Virus record (IMG/VR): IMGVR_UViG_3300032268_000986
Location: 186,001-250,000 of that record
Length of the DNA stretch: 64,000 nt
Direction: 5' to 3' (one strand)
Below are positions 1 through 10,672 of this stretch, one piece after another. The translations under genes and the position numbers were made by a program. The notes under the pieces were generated by a model. That model saw nothing but the letters and a program-made list of their open reading frames with translations, did no database searches and had not been told where the DNA came from. Numbering within the stretch: the stretch's first letter is position 1; every line of letters begins with the position of its first letter.

Positions 1-776
1 CCACCTGTGACGTTGCCCGAAGCTGACACAGTGGCACTTTGTACCAGAGTTGCTGCTATGACGTTGCCGCCGCTGACGTTGCCAGTGGTCACTATCAGAC
101 CAGCTGTGGTAATATTACCACCAGTTACGTTTGCACTTACTGAAACAGTGGTACCTGTGTGTGTTGTGGCATTGACGTTGGCTCCACCCAAGATGTTGCC
201 ACCAGTGATGTTGCCTGTGGTTGATATTGGATTTGATCCCAACGCAGCCAAATTGGCCACAACATTGGCGTTGCCATAACTGGCAGCAATACCAGACAGC
301 AGTGAACCGTTGCCTAGAATAAATCCACCGGAAATGTTAGCAGTGGTTGTGATGTTGCCCGTGCCACTGATAGTGTTGGCTCCCAAACTGGCCAATAGAG
401 TAGTCACATTTGAATTGCCATATGTACCGCCCGACGTAATGGTCATTGTGGCCACTGCGCCGTTGGCAGTGACAGCAACGCCTGATCCAGTGAAGTTGAT
501 TGCTGTGGCGTCTTTTACTATGATATTGCCATCCACCATGACTTCAATATAGTTGGGCACTGTGGGCTTGACGTTGGTAACAGTGGTGCTGCCAGCAGGG
601 TTAACAGCAACTTCCTGCACAGGCACAACTGCAGGAGTTGTGCTGGCAGTGATGCCCAGTCCTGGTCCAGGTTCCACTGGTGCCGGAGTTCGATCTAACG
701 GGGCTATTGGTGTTGGTGGGGGTGTAGAAGTGTCTACTGCGGCTGGTGCATAGGTGTAATTGTTATTTGTGGCCAT
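1..776 (-). CDS. Gly/Asn/Thr-repeat tail fibre-like structural protein (5' part; runs off window start)
   Basis: ATG at 776 (MATNNNYTYAPAAVDTS...), open to the window edge with ATGNITGGN-type repeats; TAAATA late-type motif just upstream; the + strand ORFs here are its antisense shadows. Confidence 0.8.
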   Translation of the reverse strand, partial: MATNNNYTYAPAAVDTSTPPPTPIAPLDRTPAPVEPGPGLGITASTTPAVVPVQEVAVNPAGSTTVTNVKPTVPNYIEVMVDGNIIVKDATAINFTGSGVAVTANGAVATMTITSGGTYGNSNVTTLLASLGANTISGTGNITTTANISGGFILGNGSLLSGIAASYGNANVVANLAALGSNPISTTGNITGGNILGGANVNATTHTGTTVSVSANVTGGNITTAGLIVTTGNVSGGNVIAATLVQSATVSASGNVTG

Positions 777-967
777 GGTGTTGGGATCCTTGCAATATTT
801 ACCGCAGTATCAATTTTAATTCAATCTGCCTGGGTCAGCGCCAAACATGTTGTTTGGAGCCTAATACTTAGTCAAGCATGCCACTAAAATCTATCCACAT
901 AATATTCATTGCACAATGTCGTAAATATTTCTGTCTCAGAACAGAGACTAACCTAGGAGATTTGCAC

Positions 968-1705
968 TTGAGCAGAAATCGCGCCGCTAAGGCACAGAAA
1001 CGACAGAGTCCGGAAACAGTGGAAAATACCATTAAATTCAACACAGCATCTAAGGTGGCACAGCGCCGCATAGAATTGATCCCTCGAACACGAAATCAAG
1101 AACAGCTGGTCATGGCTCTGCAAGATCCCAATCAACACATTGTAGTCACCACAGGGCCTGCAGGTACTGGTAAAACATACCTGGCCATGCTGGCGGCTAT
1201 ACGAGCACTAAAAGAAGGAGAATGCGATCGAATCATAATGACACGCCCCGCTGTGGGTGTAGAAGGTGAACAACATGGGTTCTTGCCCGGCAATCTAGTT
1301 GCCAAAATGGAACCATGGACTCGCCCCTTGTTGGATGTCATGCGCGAATATTATCGCCCTCAGGACATCTTGGCCATGATAGAAGATCAGGTAGTTGAAA
1401 TCGCGCCACTGGCTTACATGCGCGGACGCACCTTTAAAAACTCATGGATTATAGCCGACGAAATGCAAAATGCAACTCCGGCCCAGGCCAAGATGCTGAT
1501 GACCCGCATAGGAGTGAATTCACGTATTGTGATCACCGGTGACGTGGAACAGGCCGATCGCCACTCAGGCGAAAACGGTTTGTTGGATTTGTGTGAACGG
1601 CTTTGTTCAACTCCGGTTCGGGGTATAGCCGTGTGTGAAATGACTGCTCGTGATGTACAACGTCACGCCATCATTGGGTCAGTACTGGGACTTTATTCCA
1701 ACTGA
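968..1705 (+). CDS. phoH: PhoH-family ATPase
   Basis: GPAGTGKT Walker A, GFLPG, YMRGRTF, DEMQN, GDVEQAD motifs; likely TTG start at 968 after AGGAGA. Confidence 0.95.
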   Translation: MSRNRAAKAQKRQSPETVENTIKFNTASKVAQRRIELIPRTRNQEQLVMALQDPNQHIVVTTGPAGTGKTYLAMLAAIRALKEGECDRIIMTRPAVGVEGEQHGFLPGNLVAKMEPWTRPLLDVMREYYRPQDILAMIEDQVVEIAPLAYMRGRTFKNSWIIADEMQNATPAQAKMLMTRIGVNSRIVITGDVEQADRHSGENGLLDLCERLCSTPVRGIAVCEMTARDVQRHAIIGSVLGLYSN

Positions 1706-2292
1706 CCTGTTATCAGCTGGTAGATTTCACGCCAGTTTTTGACCACAGGATACGGGCACTCATGATTCATGTTGTGCCCGTGTTCCATTAGTATGCTCCG
1801 TAAACCCAGTCTATATCCTAGATCAGCGTTTTCGGGTTTGTCTTCAATCCAGTACAGGCCCGACCCACGATAGGGTTCCAGGGCAGCGTCTTTGTCTCCG
1901 CCGGTTTCCAGACACACCACACTTTCAAATGCAGTTTTACCAAACAACTTTCTGAGATTCATTTCTCGCAGTTTCTTGGCATTGGTGTCAGTGCTGAGAC
2001 TGGTGATGCAATGAAATTGATATCCGTGTTCTTCATGCAGGCGCTTGACATAGAACATGGCATCTCTCAGGGGCGGCAAAAAACCAATGGCCGCTGACTC
2101 GTTGAACATCTTGATCAGCTTTTTGCCTTGATCCAGAGAAATACCATAACGATCACCAATGTCATAGGTGAGTTCACTGCCATGAGCCTTTTCAAATCCA
2201 TGCTGTTCCATCCAGACCGAGAACGCATACTCCCAGTCTAACAGCACGCCATCGGCATCAACCAGTAATGTTTTCTGCAGGGGTTTTTTCAT
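1693..2292 (-). CDS. HAD-family 5'(3')-deoxyribonucleotidase (T4 gp30.2-like)
   Basis: LLVDADGVL motif I, WIEDKPEN motif IV; start trimmed to MKKPLQ. Confidence 0.8.
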   Translation of the reverse strand: MKKPLQKTLLVDADGVLLDWEYAFSVWMEQHGFEKAHGSELTYDIGDRYGISLDQGKKLIKMFNESAAIGFLPPLRDAMFYVKRLHEEHGYQFHCITSLSTDTNAKKLREMNLRKLFGKTAFESVVCLETGGDKDAALEPYRGSGLYWIEDKPENADLGYRLGLRSILMEHGHNMNHECPYPVVKNWREIYQLITGQLE

Positions 2293-2569
2293 CAGTTGCT
2301 TTCTCAGGTTTGACAATTTCCCAACCATTTTCGTGAAACAGTCGGGTCAGGATATTTTCGTAAAATTGCATGTAGTACTGCACAATACGATCAAAGTCTC
2401 GGGGCACACTGGTGCCATTCATGCTGCATTTTACTACTTCTAGTTTTTTAAAGTCCAGTATGACATTGGCACATTGCAGATCCCGAGTTTTGATACTGCG
2501 AGCAACTTGGTTTTGCTCGTCCATTTGCCCATTGGGTTTTTTGAGGTAGGTGATTAAAAAATATCTCAT
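2258..2569 (-). CDS. hypothetical phage protein
   Basis: 103 aa ORF translationally coupled (ATGA overlap) to the clamp loader. Confidence 0.7.
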   Translation of the reverse strand: MRYFLITYLKKPNGQMDEQNQVARSIKTRDLQCANVILDFKKLEVVKCSMNGTSVPRDFDRIVQYYMQFYENILTRLFHENGWEIVKPEKATDEKTPAENITG

Positions 2570-3489
2570 TGCAATTGGCTCAGCTCAATCAAGGTTGCAC
2601 TCAAGTTGATTTCAACATCGGCTACACTGTTGTGGCTGACCAGGCCATTGCGTATGATCACAATGGCTTGATCCTGTTGCTCGGGAGTTTTGCCCCAGAG
2701 TTCCAGATTGTCATACATCCAGCGAAAGATTTCTTCTGCATCTTCAGGAGACGAATTTTGACACATCATGGTTCGAGCCTGTCGTATCCGGCCAGTTTTA
2801 AACAGGTCCACAGCATCCAAGCGCCAGTCACGTGCGGCACGGTCTGATGCAGACGGTGCTGCCAGCACACCAGTCACTGAGTTTTGTTGCACCAGGTTCA
2901 AACACTTGCGCAGATCAGGGTAGGTGGCCTTGACATAGCTGTCCAGGGTATCAAGATCAAACTCCATGCCTTCAGACACCAACACTGTGGCCACTCGGGC
3001 TGTGAATTCTATATGATCAGATTTCACAATGTGAAAACCCTGCAGTCGGCTGTGCAAGGGGTCAATGATCTTGTGTGGGTAGTTACAGGTCATGATGAAT
3101 CTCACAGTTTGACTGTAGTCTTCCATCAAGTTGCGCAGTGCAGGTTGCACTGACTCTTTGTTCATGTAGTCGGCTTCATCAATCAGCACCACCTTGAACC
3201 GGCCAAACGGCATGGTCTGACAGAATCCAATCAGTCGATCAATCCACTCAATCTTGCGACCTTCCTTGGAACCGTTCACATACAACACATCGTATTCGTC
3301 CACGCCCAGTTCATTGATCAAGACCTTGGCCAAGGTGGTTTTGCCTGTGCCCGGAGCACCACTCAACAGCAGGTGCGGAATAGTACCAGACTTGACCCAG
3401 CTGTCAACTTGATCACGTTGAGCCTGATCCACAAACACATAATCAGCCACTGTTTGTGGACGATATTTTTCAACCCATAACTGCTTCAT
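2566..3489 (-). CDS. sliding-clamp loader AAA+ subunit (gp44/RFC small subunit)
   Basis: LWVEKYRP, GAPGTGKTT, VVLIDEAD, FIMTCN, PDLRKCLN. Confidence 0.95.
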   Translation of the reverse strand: MKQLWVEKYRPQTVADYVFVDQAQRDQVDSWVKSGTIPHLLLSGAPGTGKTTLAKVLINELGVDEYDVLYVNGSKEGRKIEWIDRLIGFCQTMPFGRFKVVLIDEADYMNKESVQPALRNLMEDYSQTVRFIMTCNYPHKIIDPLHSRLQGFHIVKSDHIEFTARVATVLVSEGMEFDLDTLDSYVKATYPDLRKCLNLVQQNSVTGVLAAPSASDRAARDWRLDAVDLFKTGRIRQARTMMCQNSSPEDAEEIFRWMYDNLELWGKTPEQQDQAIVIIRNGLVSHNSVADVEINLSATLIELSQLQ

Positions 3490-3490
3490 A

Positions 3491-3733
3491 CTAGATTCCT
3501 TTTCGCTGATTTAACACATTCCAAACTTGTTTCTTTTGTTGTTCGCGCAGCCACTCTTCTTCGCCACTGAATGTGGGTGCTGTGCGCAACATTTCATCTA
3601 GTATAAATTTTACTTGATATAGGTCTTGTTTGCAAGGCCATTGGACAAATCCAGTGAGATAGGAATCAGTCACGGCGGCATTGCACCGCCGCAGTTGTTG
3701 AACTATGCTGTCAACATCCCAGTCCTGTTTCAT
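3491..3733 (-). CDS. hypothetical protein
   Basis: 80 aa ORF in a coupled operon. Confidence 0.65.
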   Translation of the reverse strand: MKQDWDVDSIVQQLRRCNAAVTDSYLTGFVQWPCKQDLYQVKFILDEMLRTAPTFSGEEEWLREQQKKQVWNVLNQRKGI

Positions 3734-4128
3734 GTGTGCAGCATGTGATCGGGTTTTTTATCAATGTGAACAGCATCACTCCAGGTTTCGTCCTGCTGGG
3801 GTTCATCGCTTTGCAACAAGATGTCCTTGGGATCCACACGTCTCAGTGTTTGTTTGCCCAACTCGTCTTCAATGTCAATGCCGCGTGTCCAGCGGCCATG
3901 TGCTACTAAGACCCAGTCTCCAACTTGAACATCCTGTTGGTCTGGGCCCACAGCATACACCTGTGCCCAGCGTGGTCGAATTCCGGTACCTTTGCCGTTG
4001 TCGTTGAGAATGATGATACCACCTGTGGTGATACGTTGATCAAACACCATGTCCGACACAATCACAGCATCGTTGAGTGGTCGTAGTTGCGCACGATTGA
4101 TGCGATGTGGTTCAAAAGCCAGTTTCAT
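3730..4128 (-). CDS. GroES/Cpn10-like co-chaperonin
   Basis: LRPLNDAVIV, TTGGIII mobile loop, VYAVGP, VQVGDWV, DIL. Confidence 0.85.
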   Translation of the reverse strand: MKLAFEPHRINRAQLRPLNDAVIVSDMVFDQRITTGGIIILNDNGKGTGIRPRWAQVYAVGPDQQDVQVGDWVLVAHGRWTRGIDIEDELGKQTLRRVDPKDILLQSDEPQQDETWSDAVHIDKKPDHMLHT

Positions 4129-4364
4129 CCGTTGAGATCCAATCTTATTGCAGCGCCGGGGCTGGGTGGTCGAGTTTGTTTGTTGTAGGTCTGTTGATTG
4201 ACCTGTTGTGGCTTGGTCTGTACAATTTGATTTTTGTCATCAATCATGTCACCACGAGCATTGACCTTCATGTTGCCAACTGCTCGAACATCTTCGTTTT
4301 GCAGCATGAGTTTGCCCATGTCCACTGCTTTGCCTTGTGCAGTTTTGTATACTTGTTTTGTCAT
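4125..4364 (-). CDS. hypothetical protein
   Basis: 79 aa, AGGAG RBS, TAAATA upstream. Confidence 0.7.
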   Translation of the reverse strand: MTKQVYKTAQGKAVDMGKLMLQNEDVRAVGNMKVNARGDMIDDKNQIVQTKPQQVNQQTYNKQTRPPSPGAAIRLDLNG

Positions 4365-4385
4365 TACGGTCTCCTAAATTGATAT

Positions 4386-4898
4386 TTAACGTAGAAATTC
4401 CTCGGGGTCTAAATCATAATACATTGAGTCAATGCGATGAACTCCCAGTAGATACAGCACATAACTGGCAGTGCTACTGCCTCGACCCACACCCCAGATC
4501 AGCTGGTTTTCACGCATGATGTCCACAAGATACTTGAGATATCGCAATAGATCAAACAAGTCTCGTTGTTGAAACATCAATAGTTCAGTGCCCACACGCT
4601 GTAGTTCTTCTTGTGATGTGCAAAGACCTATCACATATTCAGCAATGTCCAGTTGTTTGTATTCGTTGGGCATGTGCCAGTTCTGTTGCTGTTGTTGATC
4701 CCATTTGGCCACTGGCAACACCGGCGCATCATATTTGAGCAAGTTGGGCATTGCGGTCAGTAGCTCTGCTGCCAACTCAAGGTCCACAGTTTCGTCTACC
4801 AAGACATCACGCAGGGCTTCTAGTTGACGCCCTTGCATCACAAGATCTATTAGATCTTGATCACTGTAGATGATTTGTCCGTATGAATCACGTTTCAT
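4386..4898 (-). CDS. DNA polymerase III alpha (DnaE) fragment
   Basis: RVxxEL...WGVGRGSSTASYVLYLLGVHRID...FLR; ends before the catalytic PDxDxD motif. Confidence 0.85.
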   Translation of the reverse strand: MKRDSYGQIIYSDQDLIDLVMQGRQLEALRDVLVDETVDLELAAELLTAMPNLLKYDAPVLPVAKWDQQQQQNWHMPNEYKQLDIAEYVIGLCTSQEELQRVGTELLMFQQRDLFDLLRYLKYLVDIMRENQLIWGVGRGSSTASYVLYLLGVHRIDSMYYDLDPEEFLR

Positions 4899-5484
4899 TT
4901 TTGACAAAATTTGCATAGACTATGGTATTGTTGACTGGCCCAGTGGGCAAGTCCGCCCACTCCAAGCCATATTCACGCCAGTGGTTGTTGGAAATTTTCA
5001 CCACATTTCCCGCCTGAGGCTGGGGCAAGTCGTTGTGTCTGGGAGTGGGCTCGCTCCACCAACCCTCAACCGAGAATGGTCCCAGTGGATCTTCGGCGTT
5101 GTGTTGATACCATACAGAGTCTCCCAGTGCAGAACATATATCCAAGGATGTCACAATCATGCGGTCTTCCATCACAGCATTGTACTTGGTATACAGCATC
5201 ATGCCAATGATTTGGTCCACCGGATCCTGTGGCAAAGTAGTGGTGGCAATTCCCACTAGGTCCATGAGTTCAGCACGTTCAATAAGATCGTGATTGATGA
5301 AAACTGAATGTGCCAACTTGGCTTGAGTAAAATATTTCACTCGATCCATGGCAACATTGGTACTGGCTGCATCAGCAGTTTGAGTCAATAGTTGTAAATT
5401 AACCGAATAGTGATTCATCTGCAGACGATCTTCGTAATAGATGCCTGCTGTGAACTCTAGATCATACTGTAGTCTTACGTTCAT
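4888..5484 (-). CDS. hypothetical protein
   Basis: 198 aa ORF overlapping its neighbours in an operon. Confidence 0.7.
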   Translation of the reverse strand: MNVRLQYDLEFTAGIYYEDRLQMNHYSVNLQLLTQTADAASTNVAMDRVKYFTQAKLAHSVFINHDLIERAELMDLVGIATTTLPQDPVDQIIGMMLYTKYNAVMEDRMIVTSLDICSALGDSVWYQHNAEDPLGPFSVEGWWSEPTPRHNDLPQPQAGNVVKISNNHWREYGLEWADLPTGPVNNTIVYANFVKNET

Positions 5485-5717
5485 TGGATGTCAATCTTGT
5501 TGCCAAAATCAGTGTCTTGAATTTGTTTTCGATAGGTTTCTTGCAATCGAGCTTGGTAAGTGTTTTGATAACTTTCCAAGGCCATGCGGATTTGATTGCA
5601 AAGATGGCCGTTGCCACTGCGGGCAGCAATGCTCAATTTGTTTGAAAGCTCGCCAATTTTTTTGGAAAGCTCTTCCTCGGTCAGGGTTTCTAAACTGCCA
5701 ATTAAAGGATGTTCCAT
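5481..5717 (-). CDS. hypothetical small coiled-coil protein
   Basis: 78 aa, directly behind a sigma70-type promoter. Confidence 0.7.
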   Translation of the reverse strand: MEHPLIGSLETLTEEELSKKIGELSNKLSIAARSGNGHLCNQIRMALESYQNTYQARLQETYRKQIQDTDFGNKIDIQ

Positions 5718-5723
5718 GTGTTG

Positions 5724-5752
5724 ATTATATACTAATCAGCGCCGGCAGTCAA
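5724..5752 (-). promoter_or_regulatory. sigma70-type early promoter
   Basis: TTGACT-17 bp-TATAAT. Confidence 0.75.
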
Positions 5753-5758
5753 CCAGTA

Positions 5759-7243
5759 TTAACTCCAGTTGCCCACAGAAGTTACCGAACCAGATCCCAC
5801 GGGAGTCAAACGGAAGAAGCTGTTGGTCAAAATAGTTGGTGCTCCGCCAGGTGCAGCTGAATATTGAATTTGGGGAGTAAATGTTCCCGCGGTATTGGTG
5901 CGTACAACGCCTCGCAAATGCACAGTGATGTTTTCATTTGCTGTGGTCGATGCGCCAGTTACCACAGTGGCTGTGGCCGCTGTGGCATAGATTCGATTAT
6001 CTCCACTCAGTATATTACCAGCAGTGCTGGTGGTCTCCACAAGGTAGGTGATACTGGTCAGCGTACCACTCAGCGCAAACAGTGTGCTCAGAGTATGGCT
6101 TGTGGTACCAGCTGCTCGTGTGATATAGTACAGGCCTTCAATGAAATAAGTAGTATTGGCTTCCAGAGTCACCGCACCATTGGCAGGAGTGTTAAACACC
6201 TTTTGTGCCGACGCAGAGTTTGCGGCTGTGTAGTCGCTGGACAACACAACAAAATGTTCAGCTGGCAAAACACCGCGTTGGCTGGCAGTGGGTGATCCAT
6301 AAAACACCACACCGTCGTATTCAAATGCGCCGGCCGCCGCAGTTGATGTGTTGGTACCCGAAGTAAACACAATTGGGGCTTGGCTGGCCGATCCTGATGC
6401 AGGGCGAACAAACCCAGTGACGTTGCCACCTGTGACATTGCCTGTTGCTGAAATCAACCCTGCTGTGACAATGTTACCTCCAGCCACGTTGCCAGTTGCA
6501 CTCACCGTACCGGCTGTGACAATATTTCCGCCCACCACATTGCCCGTGGAAACCACACGACCACCAGTGACCAAGTTTCCACCGGTGACATTGCCTGTGG
6601 CGCTGATGTTTCCTGATGCTGTGACGTCATCCAGTGTGACATCACTACCGGTAAAGTTTGTCAAGGCACGATTCAAGTCAAAAATGGTAATAGTAGCGCC
6701 ACCGTTATAGGTCCCAAACGCAAACTCATATGTGCCAGTTGCGCCAAATGTGATTGTGCCGGCACTGTAACCCTGTAGTCCTGAAGTGCCCAGGGTCACG
6801 TCAGCTGGCAGTGTCACTGTGTGTGCCACATTGGTAATGTTGATTTGCAACTTGATATAGCCGTATTGTCCCACTGGAGGCCAAGTGGTAAAGCTCAGAG
6901 AAATACTGCCCGAGGTAGATATTGACTGATAGTGTCCAACACTGTAGTTCACAGCAATTGCACCAGATGTTGTTGGAATAGTGTACTTGTAAGCTGAGAA
7001 ATCCTTGATCTGGGCCGCATAGATCAAGACATCATTCATATTATTTTGCTCACTAGGTGGTAGTCCACCAGTTAGTTGTGCTGTTACAATCACCTTATTT
7101 TGAAGGTCCGTGATTTCATCAGCAGCTTCTTGGAAATTTACTTTGATATTGGTAAAGTTGTCCCGAAAGCCCTGGGAATTGTTGTCTTGACCGGCCACTG
7201 GATATGAGCCGTTAATGTTGTTTGGGTTGATTTGACTTGTCAT
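5759..7243 (-). CDS. virion structural/tail protein
   Basis: N-terminus YPVAGQDNNSQGFRDNF typical of large myovirus tail proteins; ATGNVTGGN repeats. Confidence 0.8.
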   Translation of the reverse strand: MTSQINPNNINGSYPVAGQDNNSQGFRDNFTNIKVNFQEAADEITDLQNKVIVTAQLTGGLPPSEQNNMNDVLIYAAQIKDFSAYKYTIPTTSGAIAVNYSVGHYQSISTSGSISLSFTTWPPVGQYGYIKLQINITNVAHTVTLPADVTLGTSGLQGYSAGTITFGATGTYEFAFGTYNGGATITIFDLNRALTNFTGSDVTLDDVTASGNISATGNVTGGNLVTGGRVVSTGNVVGGNIVTAGTVSATGNVAGGNIVTAGLISATGNVTGGNVTGFVRPASGSASQAPIVFTSGTNTSTAAAGAFEYDGVVFYGSPTASQRGVLPAEHFVVLSSDYTAANSASAQKVFNTPANGAVTLEANTTYFIEGLYYITRAAGTTSHTLSTLFALSGTLTSITYLVETTSTAGNILSGDNRIYATAATATVVTGASTTANENITVHLRGVVRTNTAGTFTPQIQYSAAPGGAPTILTNSFFRLTPVGSGSVTSVGNWS

Positions 7244-7255
7244 TCTTTGTCCTAG

Positions 7256-10200
7256 TTACACCAATATATTGGTACGGGGAAATACGAGATATTTATCCAG
7301 GCTATCGCTTGTATCGTACATATCAACTGGTTCCACAAACGCCAGGCTGGCATGGTCAAACACAGTTTCTGCTGTGGTCTCGGTAAGCAAGGGCAACCAT
7401 GAAATACGTGTGAGTCCCGCGCCTGGGCTGGCAGGATAATAGAATTGCCCACTGATGTTTTCACTGCCACGAGTGATTTCCACCCAGTCAAATTCCTCCG
7501 GCTGTGTGGTCAAGGTCAAGGTCACCAGGGTGCTGACAGGATCCACGCTGATGGTGTAAATGGCCATGCGTTGATCCACAGTGCTGAAATCGCCTCCGGG
7601 CACTGTGGTGGCTTGATCAAATAGGTCATGATCAAACGAACCTGGAGCACCATCAATCAGTGCGTTGCTGTAGGGATAAGCATATCGTTGCCAGGCATCA
7701 GCAATACTGGGATAATCAGGATAAAATTCCTGATTGATGAAAATAATGGTATTGCCGTTCACGCCTAGAATTATTCCATCAAGTCCCCCTAGATTGTTGA
7801 TGTACTCAAGGGTGCGCTGGTTGACATCGGCAAATGCCAAATTGGTAGCAATGTCAACTTGGCCAATAAACACATACCCTGCTGTGTCAAATCGATCAAA
7901 TGTGGTTAGATTGGCTGCAGGTGTCCACCGTTGTGTCACAGTGTCCCAATTGCGACTCAGCACTCGATCCAACACATACCGATCAACCTTGAAATCCACA
8001 CTGTTGAGGTCTGGTGACGCTTGGCTGATGTAGTATGCAATCTGCGCACTCTTACCCGGGTTTGTGTAGCACAACACCCAGGCCGGTGTGAAACCCAGCA
8101 CACGCCCATTGGTTTGTTTGCTGGTCATCCACAGCGGCAACTTGGTTGATATCTGTCCCACAACATCCACCACTTGATCACGCATGGTTACCAGGCTGTT
8201 GGGATACACAGATCGTATTTCTGTAGATCCATCCCGGGGATCTATAATGGCATAGGGCAGTGTTACAATTTTGTTCACGCTGTCACCTGCTGAATTTACC
8301 AGGTTGTCTATGATCTTGCTGTACACAACTTCATAAATGATGTTGCCGTCGGCATCCAGGGCTTGAGCAGTTTCAATTTGGCCCAACACAAGATTTTTCC
8401 AGTAGTGATTCTCGTAGAGACTTTCCACATACCGGTCCAAGGTGGCTGGAGCAAGGCCATATGCATGCTCATAAATCACTCGAGTGGCCTTGCCAAAGTT
8501 TGGATCAGTTGGGCGGAAAATAAAGTCCGGCACAAATATCGTATCGTTATCCAAGAGCTCAGAAATAACCACACGATCTGCCAAGGGTGGCATGGCTTCA
8601 ATCAAGAGATTTTGATAGGGTCTATTGTATGCACGAACCACTCGAATTGTAAATGTCTTGAATACTGAAACCACATCACGGGTGCCCGTGGCGGCCATTA
8701 CAGCAGTTAGGTTGGCACCAGATCCGCCAAAACCTTGAACAATGCTAATGGCAGCTGGTGATGTGTAACCGGCACCTTGGTCGCTTAGAGCAACACTGGT
8801 GATGGCACCAGCTACCACAGTAACGCTGCCGGCCTGTGCCTGCACTGCTGACGCACCTATGGGAGTGGAAAATTCTATGGTTGGTGGAGTTACATTGCTG
8901 TAGCCTGTACCGCCGCTTACAACATTGACCGAGTCAACTTTGTACAACACCTGCTCGGTGTCTTCAGCATAGGCATTGACTGTGAATGTAAACAAACTAT
9001 CCCAGGTTGTGGTGTTGCTGTCAAATGTGGTAAGTCCAAGATCCACTGCAAAGGTATCAAAACTCACTCGCCCTGCAATTTCACCAGTGGGCAACAGCGT
9101 CAAGCCCTGAGGTAATTCATTGTAGGCCCCACTCTTGAGTCGATATGTCAGTGTACGGCCGCCTCGATTCACTGCTTGAATCTTGAACAGACTGGTTGCC
9201 CCATTTTCAATTATGCCAAGATTATGAGTGAATTCCGTAGTAGACACATATGAACCTGCCAGGGATTCAGTCGCAGTTGGGGCAGGAATCCATCGATCAA
9301 TCACATCAAGATAATAGCCCGGGCCACCATTGAGCCATGTGACTTCGGCATCCAGTGTGCCAACAATGGTCACAGTGAATGGATACTGCGGGCTGACAAT
9401 AATCAGTTCACAGGTCATTGATCCCGAAGCAGTAGTCAAGGGCAGTGAACTAGCAGAGTCTGCATTGGTCATTATCGTGAACGTGGTGCTGTTGATGACC
9501 GAATCCACATAGTAAATTTGAGTTGCAGCAGTACTGATACCGCCAAATCCTGTGCCGGTGAATCTAATGGGTGCGCCGGGACCCAGTTGTGCAGTACTTG
9601 CACAAGTGACACGATTGGTACTGTATGTGGTTGCAGTGCAGGTAATAGGAGTACCAATTGCATCTGTTTGTTGCACTGTGATGTAAAAACTGTAGGTAAC
9701 TTCAGTTACACCTTGATCCGGAATGTAACCATAATACCAGCCAGTGATGGGGTCAAGTTGCAGTCCAGGCGGTAATCCTATTCCTTGGTTGACCGAGATA
9801 GCATACTGTATCTGTGTGGTATCAAAGTCTTCGCCTAGAAATTGATAAGCATAGTAATTGTCGCCACGCACACGACCAAGATCAGTCGGTGACTTGTTCA
9901 GTACAAACGGTGGACGAGTTGTAGTTTCGTCGGCTGTGACCTCAGTATCATCACTGTCAATTGTGGTGTCATCGGCAGTGAGTGTGGATCGATCATATAC
10001 AAAAAATTCAAATGTACGCAGATTGCTAGTTTTACCATCTGTGACTTCTAGGGTAAATTGATAGTTTTTGTTGATGGCCGACACCACAAAGTCATATGGT
10101 TCAACATAAATGGGAGTTAGATCATATCCTGGTGGTTCATCAACATTGGCTGCCGGAGTGATCTGTCCAGTGATCAATCCGCCAGGGGTCACAGTGACTC

Positions 10201-10672
10201 CCACTGGCAACTCGCCGCCAATCACCCGTACCACCGTGACATCGCCGGGATCATTGTCAGTGAATTCAATTTGAAAATTAATTGCATCACCGTCGTAGTA
10301 GGTGCCAATACTGCCAGCGGGAGTAACAAACTCGGGTATGTTGTTGCCGGTCACAGTGATTTCAAATGTACGATCAGCAATACGTGCTGGATTGCCATTT
10401 ATGTCAATGGTATAGGCACGAATCACAAACTTGCTGGTGACATCTCGATTGACCAGGGCTGGTACACCCTGCAGGTAGGCTGTGGCCAAGGGTATACCTA
10501 TCAAGTTGCCATAGGTAGTACATTGCAATCCATCGGGCAAGCTGCCAGCTACCACTCGAAAGAACACATCTTCACTGTCGGGATCATATGCCGAAAGATC
10601 AAATTGATAGAAAATTGCTTCGGGAATAACACCCAGTTGTCCTGCCGATGTTGTCCATATTGGTTGTGCCAT
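7256..10672 (-). CDS. baseplate wedge/tail protein with Ig-like (He_PIG-type) repeats
   Basis: repeated GxLPxGLxLxxxGxIxG units, 1138 aa, in the structural module. Confidence 0.75.
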   Translation of the reverse strand: MAQPIWTTSAGQLGVIPEAIFYQFDLSAYDPDSEDVFFRVVAGSLPDGLQCTTYGNLIGIPLATAYLQGVPALVNRDVTSKFVIRAYTIDINGNPARIADRTFEITVTGNNIPEFVTPAGSIGTYYDGDAINFQIEFTDNDPGDVTVVRVIGGELPVGVTVTPGGLITGQITPAANVDEPPGYDLTPIYVEPYDFVVSAINKNYQFTLEVTDGKTSNLRTFEFFVYDRSTLTADDTTIDSDDTEVTADETTTRPPFVLNKSPTDLGRVRGDNYYAYQFLGEDFDTTQIQYAISVNQGIGLPPGLQLDPITGWYYGYIPDQGVTEVTYSFYITVQQTDAIGTPITCTATTYSTNRVTCASTAQLGPGAPIRFTGTGFGGISTAATQIYYVDSVINSTTFTIMTNADSASSLPLTTASGSMTCELIIVSPQYPFTVTIVGTLDAEVTWLNGGPGYYLDVIDRWIPAPTATESLAGSYVSTTEFTHNLGIIENGATSLFKIQAVNRGGRTLTYRLKSGAYNELPQGLTLLPTGEIAGRVSFDTFAVDLGLTTFDSNTTTWDSLFTFTVNAYAEDTEQVLYKVDSVNVVSGGTGYSNVTPPTIEFSTPIGASAVQAQAGSVTVVAGAITSVALSDQGAGYTSPAAISIVQGFGGSGANLTAVMAATGTRDVVSVFKTFTIRVVRAYNRPYQNLLIEAMPPLADRVVISELLDNDTIFVPDFIFRPTDPNFGKATRVIYEHAYGLAPATLDRYVESLYENHYWKNLVLGQIETAQALDADGNIIYEVVYSKIIDNLVNSAGDSVNKIVTLPYAIIDPRDGSTEIRSVYPNSLVTMRDQVVDVVGQISTKLPLWMTSKQTNGRVLGFTPAWVLCYTNPGKSAQIAYYISQASPDLNSVDFKVDRYVLDRVLSRNWDTVTQRWTPAANLTTFDRFDTAGYVFIGQVDIATNLAFADVNQRTLEYINNLGGLDGIILGVNGNTIIFINQEFYPDYPSIADAWQRYAYPYSNALIDGAPGSFDHDLFDQATTVPGGDFSTVDQRMAIYTISVDPVSTLVTLTLTTQPEEFDWVEITRGSENISGQFYYPASPGAGLTRISWLPLLTETTAETVFDHASLAFVEPVDMYDTSDSLDKYLVFPRTNILV

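Noticed and set aside
878-967. Extended N-termini in the ORF track (phoH, nadE, uvsE, 29397, 52818, 55000 and others)
   Set aside because: The extensions overlap promoters or upstream genes; downstream starts have better RBS, coupling or promoter context.
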